A stretch of DNA of 6,001 bases, taken from assembly GCF_006345805.1 (NCBI RefSeq), contig NW_021829482.1, forward strand, positions 1 through 6,001, read 5' to 3'. Both the position numbers and the translations under genes were made by a program. This document shows positions 1-6,001 of this stretch, piece by piece. Source of the DNA: Octopus sinensis (lineage: Eukaryota). Under the pieces are notes generated by a model, which saw only the letters and a list, made by a program, of their open reading frames with translations, searched no databases and was not told where the DNA came from. Position 1 is the stretch's first letter. Each line of letters starts with the position of its first letter.

Positions 1-399
1 TAGTGTCATCTCTTATACGCATTTATTACAATTTTTCTGACTTTTCAGATTTTTCTATATGCTAGGCTATTTTAAATTGATAATTGATAATTAAATTAAT
101 ATTCAATTTCTTACCCTAATTGTTTAAAATATATATATATAAATTAGGAAAAGAAAACACCTTTTATCAATTCAACAATGAAAGATTTAAATTAAACCAC
201 ATAGAAAAAAATTACATACAATAGAAAAAATTAAATATAAGATAAAAATATATACCAATGATTAAGTAATGTGCAAAATAATAAATAAAACGAATATATT
301 TGGTAAAATTTGCGAAACAAATTAGCAAACGTTGATCTAATATTTCTAAATTGAAATTTTCCCTGTAAGTTTATAATAATATTCCCTAATATTATTATT

Positions 400-403
<4 letters not shown>

Positions 404-453
<50 letters not shown>
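404..453. repeat. (TA)25 microsatellite, followed by degenerate TA/TACA-rich sequence to ~516
   Basis: Perfect TA alternation read directly from 404 to 453. Confidence 0.97.
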
Positions 454-460
<7 letters not shown>

Positions 461-593
461 TATATTTATATATATTTATTTATTTATATACATGCATACA
501 TACAAATACATATATATGTGAGTATGTGTTAGCATAAGAGGTAGAGGAAGAAGATTAAGATGTAGGCAAACACAAAGATGGAAGTGAATATGA

Positions 594-870
594 AAAGGAG
601 AGAGGAAACGGGAGAGGAGATACGAGAAGAAGGAGACGGAGAAGAAGAAGAAGACGAAGAAGAAGAAGAAGGAGGAGGAGAAGGAGACGGAGAAGAAGAA
701 GAAGAAGCAGAAGAAGAAGAAGAAGAAGAAGAGACGACGACGACGAAGAAGAAGAAGAAGAAGAAGAAGAAGAAGAAGGAGAAGAAGAAGAAGAAGAAGA
801 AGAAGAAGAAGAAGAAGAAGAAGAAGAAGAAGAAGAAGAAGAAGAAGAAGAAGAAGGAGAAGAAGAAGGG
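594..870 (+). repeat. Compound (GAA)n/(GGA)n/(GAC)n polypurine microsatellite
   Basis: Long GAA runs with GGA and GAC interruptions; no pyrimidines on the plus strand from 745 to 870. Source of the poly-E/K/L/S/F ORFs in the track. Confidence 0.96.
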
Positions 871-1080
871 ACATGCTTGATGATAAATGCGAGCGCAAGA
901 CAACGACAGATCATTCAACAAAGACACGGAACTTCCGGTTTCACTCTTGTTGCGAAACAAATTATCAAAGGTTTAGTGGGTCACAGTTTGACAAGTTCTC
1001 AAGAATTTAGCAGACGTTGATTGATTCTTTGGAAGCAAGTCTTCGCTTCTGATTTCAATTTATTAGGCATCACTGTCACA

Positions 1081-1535
1081 GACAGAGATGGAGACGTAGA
1101 TATATAGAGAGAGAGGGGAAGGAGACAGAAAGAGGGGCGATAGAGAGAAGGGAAAGAGAGATAATGGGAGGCAGCGAAGGGGGTGACAGAGAGAAAGAAG
1201 AAAGAGAGGTGACGGAAAAGTGACAGAAGCACACACACAGATATACCTGCACACATACGGACACATATACTCACGGTGACACACACCTATACACACACAT
1301 ACACATATACACACATACAAATAAACACACAGGCATACATACACATACACACAAAGAGAGACACATGCGCACACACAATTAACATAACACACACACATAT
1401 ACACAGACACACACAGTCACACTAGTATATAAAAACAGCGACATACACACACACAGGCACACATAGCCGCACACACACACAAACGCATACATGCGCGCAC
1501 ATTTAGACGCTCACACGCATAGAGACACACAACGT
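1081..1535. repeat. Degenerate AG-rich (~1081-1222) then CA-rich (~1228-1535) low-complexity tract
   Basis: Interrupted GA/AG dinucleotide runs followed by interrupted CA/CATA runs. Confidence 0.85.
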
Positions 1536-1545
1536 CAATTACATA

Positions 1546-1756
1546 TACTCTTTACTCTCTCTTCTCCCTTTTACTTGTTTTAGTCATTTGACTGAGGCCA
1601 TGCTGAAGCACCACTTTTAGTCAAGCAAATCGACCCCAGGACTTATTCTTTGTAAGCCTAGTACTTATTCTATCGCTATCATTTTGCCGAACCGCTAAGT
1701 TACGGAAAGTGATGTTGGCGGGGGACAAACATAGACACACAAGCATATACATACAC

Positions 1757-1819
<63 letters not shown>

Positions 1820-2005
1820 TAGATAGATAGATAGATAGATATACGATGGGCTACTTTCCTTTTTCGTCTACCAAATCTATTCACAAAGCTTTGGTCGACC
1901 CGAGGCTATAGTAGAAGACACTTACCCAATGTGCCACGCAGTGGAACTGAACCTGGAACCATGTGGTTCGTAAGCAAGCTACTTACCACACAGCCACTCC
2001 TACGC
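1546..2005 (-). mobile_element. Near full-length tRNA-derived SINE (octopus OK/OR1/OR2-type; subfamily not determined)
   Basis: The minus strand begins GCGTAGGAGTGGCTGTGTGGTAAGTAGCTTGCTTACGAACCACATGGTTCCAGGTTCAGTTCCACTGCGTGGCAC. It has an A-box-like TGGCTGTGTGG (1986-1996) and a B-box-like GGTTCAGTTCC (1943-1953). A CORE-like TGGGTAAGTGTCTT segment follows, then an internal microsatellite, a 3' body ending ...CAGCATGGCCTCAGTCAAATGACTAAAACAAGTAAAAG and an A/G-rich tail. The head matches the second copy at 2432-2512. The family is recognised from memory of octopus SINEs. No clear target-site duplication seen. Confidence 0.9.
1757..1841. repeat. (GATA)n tetranucleotide microsatellite inside the SINE
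   Basis: Near-perfect ATAG array with one AT interruption near 1820. Confidence 0.96.
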
Positions 2006-2104
2006 ATAAATACGTAAAAAGTTACCAAGCACATGCTTTAGACATATACACAAATAATTATACGCTCACATCTGAGAAGCATATATTAATACCACGGGGC
2101 ACTT

Positions 2105-2124
2105 AGAGAGAGAGAGAGAGAGAG
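2105..2124. repeat. (AG)10 microsatellite
   Basis: Direct reading. Confidence 0.93.
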
Positions 2125-2236
2125 TAAACAAAAAGAGAAGCCTGGAAGACATCAAGGAAAAGACAAGAGGATTTGGTAAGAACACTGATTGAATCAATGA
2201 ATTTATAACAAATATAATGAAACTGAAGCCAATAGC

Positions 2237-2313
2237 TGTGTGCGTGACAACGTGTGTGGATTAATGTGCGTGTGAGTACCTGTGTGTGTGGTGTGTGTGT
2301 ATGAGTGCCTCTG

Positions 2314-2348
<35 letters not shown>

Positions 2349-2359
2349 TGTGTGTGTGT
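2237..2359. repeat. Interrupted (TG)n microsatellite with perfect core (TG)16 at 2315-2346
   Basis: Direct reading. Confidence 0.92.
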
Positions 2360-2431
2360 CTACGGTTGTGCAGAGATCTGGATGTATTGTAATGTATAAG
2401 TATGTTTACTTACTAATACCAACATATGTAT

Positions 2432-2514
2432 GCGTAAGAGCGGCTGTGTGGTAAGCAAGATTGGCTTTCTTACCAACCACATAGTTCCGGGTTCAGTCCC
2501 ACTGCGCGGCACCT
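2432..2514 (+). mobile_element. 3'-truncated tRNA-like head of the same SINE family
   Basis: GCGTAAGAGCGGCTGTGTGGTAAG...ACCAACCACATAGTTCCGGGTTCAGTCCCACTGCGCGGCACCT aligns with the reverse complement of 1931-2005, with several substitutions and a ~6-nt indel. A-box-like CGGCTGTGTGG at 2441-2451, B-box-like GGTTCAGTCCC at 2490-2500. The SINE body is absent downstream. Confidence 0.87.
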
Positions 2515-2550
2515 AATAATAATAATAATAATAACAACAACAACAACAAC

Positions 2551-2619
<69 letters not shown>
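2515..2619. repeat. Compound (AAT)6(AAC)6(AAT)23 microsatellite
   Basis: Counted directly from the sequence. Confidence 0.96.
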
Positions 2620-2623
<4 letters not shown>

Positions 2624-2790
2624 TCGAAAAATACCTTAGGAATGAGAACCCAGGTTCCAAATTTCTCCAAGACACCTGATGAATGCTGGAGGGTATATCA
2701 GCCGAAACGTTGTGTTAACAACAAACAAGATGAGAAAAAATATCCGTCGAATATGAATAATGTAAATAATATAAATAATGTATAGAACTG
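2620..2790 (+). mobile_element. Probable Penelope-like element terminal (pseudo-LTR/3' UTR) fragment carrying a hammerhead motif
   Basis: Non-repetitive ~170-bp segment abutting (AAT)n and containing a PLE-type minimal hammerhead. It resembles an interspersed octopus repeat as recalled from memory. Boundaries are approximate. Confidence 0.6.
2671..2716 (+). ncRNA. Minimal type I hammerhead ribozyme motif (PLE-type), possibly impaired in this copy
   Basis: Stem I 5' strand GACAC (2671-2675); core CUGAUGA (2676-2682); extra A (2683); stem II GCUG/CAGC (2685-2688 with 2699-2702) with a U2684-C2703 mismatch where G10.1-C11.1 is expected; GAAA (2704-2707); loopless palindromic stem III ACGU (2707-2710); cleavage triplet GUU (2709-2711); stem I 3' strand GUGUU (2712-2716) pairing with GACAC, including one G-U. 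Confidence 0.75.
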
Positions 2791-2847
2791 AAAGAAATTA
2801 AAATTAACAACACCGGCAAAATACCCCAACCTATTGCAACAGCATCC

Positions 2848-3242
2848 GTCATCATCATCGCCACCGCCGTCGTCATCATCATCATCATCATCATCATCAT
2901 TGCCATCATCATCATCATCATCGTCATCATTACCATTGTCATTATCATCGCCACCGCCGTCGACGTGATCATCATTATCAGCATCATCATCGTCATCATT
3001 ACCATCGTCATTATCATGGCCACCGCCGTCGACGTGATCATCATCATCATCATCATCATCGTCATCATTACCATCGTCATTATCATCGCCACAGCCGTCG
3101 ACGTGATCATCATCATCGCCATCATCATCATCATTATCATCATCATCATCATCATCGCATCATCATCATCATCGTCGTCATCATTACCATCGTCATTACA
3201 ATCGCCACCGCCGTCGACGTGATCATCATCATCATCGTCGTC
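2848..3242. repeat. (ATC)n-derived higher-order minisatellite with a 69-bp core period
   Basis: The marker GCCACCGCCGTC(GACGTG) recurs at 2860, 2950, 3019, 3088 and 3204 (spacings 90, 69, 69, 116). The markers are separated by (ATC)n and GTCATCATTACCATCGTCATTATCATC-like blocks. Confidence 0.9.
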
Positions 3243-3285
3243 AATAACACTAATAACTATTTGTTTCAATTTTCTTAAAGAACGA

Positions 3286-3483
3286 AAATGTTAGGAAGAG
3301 AAAAACATAGCAGAGAGGGAGGGAGAAGGAGAGAGAAGAGAGAGAGAGATAGAGATAGAGAGAAAAAGAAATAGAGAGGGAGAATGAACAGAGGGAAAGT
3401 GATTGATAGAGTAACAGAGAGTCAAAGAGAAAGACATAGTCAGATAGACAGAGGAGGGGGAGAACAAACAGAAGGTGAGAGCC
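3286..3483. repeat. AG-rich low-complexity polypurine tract
   Basis: Degenerate GA/AG runs. Confidence 0.8.
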
Positions 3484-3597
3484 AGATATATATAATGAAA
3501 TTAATATACACCGGAAGTATAACTTGAGTTTAATTATCGGCCGACATCTTGGAACAGGAACTCCTAATATGTTTAAATGTATCTTGGAGTTTTTTCG

Positions 3598-3880
3598 GCT
3601 GCTGCTGCTGTTGCAGTTATAGGCCTAGTTTTTGTTTTTGTTGCTGATGGTGCTGCTGTTGCTGCTGCTGCAGTCTCCTTGTTCTTATTGTTTCATTTAC
3701 TGCTACTGCTGCCGCTACTGCTGCAGTTCTTTTTTCTCCTGCCGCTGCCGTTGCTCTCCAATGCTGTTGCTCTTATTTCATTTGATGCCGGAAATTCGAT
3801 TTTCGCTTTCTGTTCTTCTTCTTCTTATTGTTGTTGTTGTTATTCTTCTTCTTCTTGATGTTGTTGCTGTTGTTGTCGTC
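3598..3880. repeat. Cryptically simple trinucleotide tract (GCT/GTT/CTT)
   Basis: Short runs of GCT, GTT and CTT interspersed with T-rich sequence. Confidence 0.8.
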
Positions 3881-4015
3881 ATTACTTTTGTCGTTTGATG
3901 TGCCATACTGGATAATGCAGTACTTTTGATAAGGCCGCCGTACATCTCTTTTGTTGTATCTGAAGGTAGATATATGACTAAGGAAGCGATACGGCATGCA
4001 TGCAAACATGTCCGC

Positions 4016-4141
4016 ATATATATACATATATACATATATATGCATATATATACATATACATATATATATACAAACATACATATATATATATATATACATA
4101 CATACATATACATATATATATATACATACATATATATATAT

Positions 4142-4180
<39 letters not shown>

Positions 4181-4357
4181 CATATATATACATATACATT
4201 CATATATATATATATATATACATATATACATATATATATATATATGTATGTGTGTATACGCAGATATATATATGTATATATATACATACATATATTGTAT
4301 GTATGGTGTATACACACACACACGCTCGCCCACACACACACACACACACACATATTT

Positions 4358-4390
<33 letters not shown>
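4016..4390. repeat. Long interrupted (TA)n/(TACA)n tract with an internal (CA)n block (~4311-4352)
   Basis: Direct reading. Source of the Y/I/H/T-rich ORFs. Confidence 0.95.
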
Positions 4391-4391
<1 letters not shown>

Positions 4392-4699
4392 GAAGTAGAA
4401 AGACGAATAATATGCCAATACTTTTGTCACCAATGGTCACTTTCTGAGCAGCGCAACACGCACTAATGAATGGGAGATAACAACGCCAACCACGCATTGC
4501 AGAGAAATGTCGTATAGCAAAGAAACAAAACGATATTTTAAACTATATGTTATCTCCTAAGCAAATTCCAAGTTACAAATTGTAGAAGAAGTGAAAGTAA
4601 ATCTGATTTATACGCCAGACATAAATCAATAAACTAACCAGAAGTTTACAAGGTGTCGTCTCACATCACAGAAAGTCGATGATAATTGTGTTACGGGTA

Positions 4700-5385
4700 A
4701 GAAGAATCTCTGTTGATGTGCTATCTTATGAACGCATCTCAAGCTATAAATAAGGTATAAATTTTTCAATGAGCCCCCAGTTGATATTGTACTTCTTAAC
4801 TTTTTCTTTTAAGCTCCAAATGTAGCACGAGAGCCTTGTTGCGTTTCATTCATAATATTGTCAGAAAAGAGAAGGGCTATGACTGTAACATATGACTGCT
4901 TCTACTGTCACACTTCAGATTGATGCCAAGGTTCGGATTTGTTCTTTTAACCTCAGCTCTGATATGATAGTCTCTGTATTGAAGAGCCTTTTTAGTGAAA
5001 ATATACCGTTGTTACTACATAAATAACCTACTCAGTGCATGTGGTGTGCTTATGAGATACCATTTATTTCCTATTATTTTACAGCCAAAATCACTTCAGA
5101 TTGCGTCCATTGAACAATTTCCTATACCTATGTCTAAGAGAGAAACACGTATCGATTAGAATTATGACAGTTTTTCACTCAAGTGTGTATGAAGTGGGTG
5201 GTATACACCATATAACATTACAGCACATTTACTTTTGTTCTAGGGAGTATGAATCCGGGATATAAATCATATTTATCTTTGCACCCGCTCTCTACTAAAG
5301 CGTTTTTATAGTAAGAAGTTGCTTTATCAAACAATTATTTTATAGAGAGCACATCATTCACCATTCTCTTTCAATTTCTAATTAG
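4700..5385 (-). mobile_element. Degenerate Penelope-like retroelement ORF remnant: post-RT linker plus C-terminal GIY-YIG endonuclease, with multiple stops and frameshifts
   Basis: Minus-strand peptides occur in the order expected for a PLE C-terminus. LFDKATSYYKNALVESGCKDK (5334-5272; cf. IF..AAPYY..AL..SGY..K). NVIWCIPP...LIDTCF..RHRYRKLFNGRNLK (5219-5094; cf. IIWFNPP...LIDKHF...H..HKIFNRN..K). CSNNGIFSLKRLFNTETII (5019-4963; cf. C....CPL.G.C.T..IIY). After a 1-nt frameshift, RAEVKRTNPNLGI (4960-4922), giving GIY-X9-YIG spacing. NATRLSCYIWSLKEKVKKYNINWGLIEKFIPY (4845-4750; cf. N.T.LS.YIW.LK....Y.I.W.I....PY). Consensus motifs are recalled, not searched. Confidence 0.8.
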
Positions 5386-5395
5386 GTTATGCGTA

Positions 5396-5462
5396 CGTGT
5401 ATGTGTGTGCGTGTGTGTGTGTGCGTGTGTGTGTGCGTGTGTTTATGTGTGCGTGTGTGTGT
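5396..5462. repeat. Interrupted (TG)n microsatellite
   Basis: TG runs with CG/TA/TT interruptions. Confidence 0.92.
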
Positions 5463-5622
5463 AGGTCTGATTGCACATGAAATGGAAGAATGGGTAGGAT
5501 GGCAGGAGGATTAAGAACAACTCTCTGAGCATGTTTGTGTATAAACAATACGCCTGAATTTGCGAAGTGTAAGCTAAACTTTCTTTGGAAGCTACTGCTA
5601 GGTGTACACATACATATATGTG

Positions 5623-5672
<50 letters not shown>

Positions 5673-5746
5673 CATACATACATACATACATACATACATA
5701 CATACATACATACATACATACATACATACATACATGCATACATACA
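5623..5746. repeat. Compound (TAGA)12(TACA)16 TGCA (TACA)2 tetranucleotide microsatellite
   Basis: TAGA 5623-5670 and TACA 5671-5734, counted directly. Confidence 0.96.
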
Positions 5747-5769
5747 TAGACAGCCAGATAGACAGATAG

Positions 5770-5772
<3 letters not shown>

Positions 5773-5812
<40 letters not shown>
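5773..5812. repeat. (TA)20 microsatellite
   Basis: Direct reading. Confidence 0.96.
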
Positions 5813-5817
<5 letters not shown>

Positions 5818-6001
5818 AAGGTCAAGGTAGAAAATGATAAAATAAATTGAGACTTTTTCAACTGTAAGTATGGAAAACAATTAAATTTTGGAAAAATTAA
5901 ATGAACAGTTTTTTAAAAGAATATTTGCATAATTTAAAACAAGGGCCATTTTCCTTGTTTCTGCCTGTCTCTGTCTCTCTTGTTTACTCTGGTGGGTTCG
6001 A

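Noticed and set aside
931-938. ETS-type motif ACTTCCGG (also CCGGAAGT at 3511-3518) and octamer ATTTGCAT at 5923-5930
   Set aside because: Isolated 8-mers with no promoter context; a few such hits are expected by chance.
476-960. Track ORFs with poly-L/S/F/E/K (476-898, 529-960, 555-914, 578-880)
   Set aside because: They are translations of the GAA/TTC microsatellite, which is open in several frames on both strands; no domain-like sequence.
873-1020. Short open frames in the unique 870-1075 segment (e.g. MINASARQRQIIQQRHGTSGFTLVAKQ...)
   Set aside because: Under 50 codons, no recognisable homology and no convincing splice signals.
1025-1036. 12-mer TTCTTTGGAAGC repeated at 5581-5592
   Set aside because: About one exact 12-mer repeat is expected by chance in 6 kb; the flanks do not align.
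999-1884. ORFs 999-1286, 1063-1410, 1076-1264 and 1621-1884
   Set aside because: They derive from AG/CA low-complexity tracts or from the SINE and its GATA repeat.
1931-2005. tRNA gene call for the SINE heads (also 2432-2512)
   Set aside because: tRNA-like A/B boxes are present but there is no convincing cloverleaf; the first head continues into a SINE body.
2848-3242. CRISPR-like repeat-spacer reading of the recurring GCCACCGCCGTCGACGTG motif
   Set aside because: The intervening sequences are near-identical ATC repeats rather than unique spacers; eukaryotic context and no cas genes.
2470-3269. Poly-I/L, Met-rich and Ile/Ser-rich ORFs (2470-2670, 2493-2675, 2715-3269, 2965-3222)
   Set aside because: Artefacts of the (AAT)n and (ATC)n repeats.
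3570-4000. Possible low-complexity coding exon on the minus strand (Q/A/N/K-rich peptides, acceptor-like CTACCTTCAG near 3960)
   Set aside because: All three frames hit stops and no homology is recognisable; best explained as cryptically simple sequence. RNA-seq could revisit it.
3926-4497. Y/I/H/T/M-rich ORFs over the TA/CA tract
   Set aside because: Dinucleotide-repeat translation artefacts.
5244-5310. Apparent 67-nt plus-strand exon (TTTTGTTCTAG acceptor, GTAAGA donor)
   Set aside because: It lies antisense within the PLE remnant, which explains the sequence better; the donor context is weak and the peptide is unrecognised.

Overview
Eukaryotic, AT-rich, microsatellite-dense non-genic DNA, most likely from an octopus (inferred from recalled octopus SINE sequence). 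No intact protein-coding gene is supported: every ORF in the supplied track runs through simple repeats. The window holds (1) a near full-length tRNA-derived SINE on the minus strand (~1546-2005) with an internal (GATA)n; (2) a 3'-truncated head of the same SINE family on the plus strand (2432-2514); (3) directly after it, an (AAT/AAC)n tract and a ~170-bp segment containing a minimal type I hammerhead ribozyme motif of the kind found in Penelope-like retroelements (PLEs) (2671-2716); (4) a decayed, frameshifted PLE ORF remnant (post-RT linker plus GIY-YIG endonuclease) on the minus strand (~4700-5385), absent from the ORF track; and (5) many simple repeats, including an (ATC)-derived higher-order repeat with a 69-bp period. 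No database searches or folding programs were run; family assignments rest on motifs read by eye and recalled consensus sequences.
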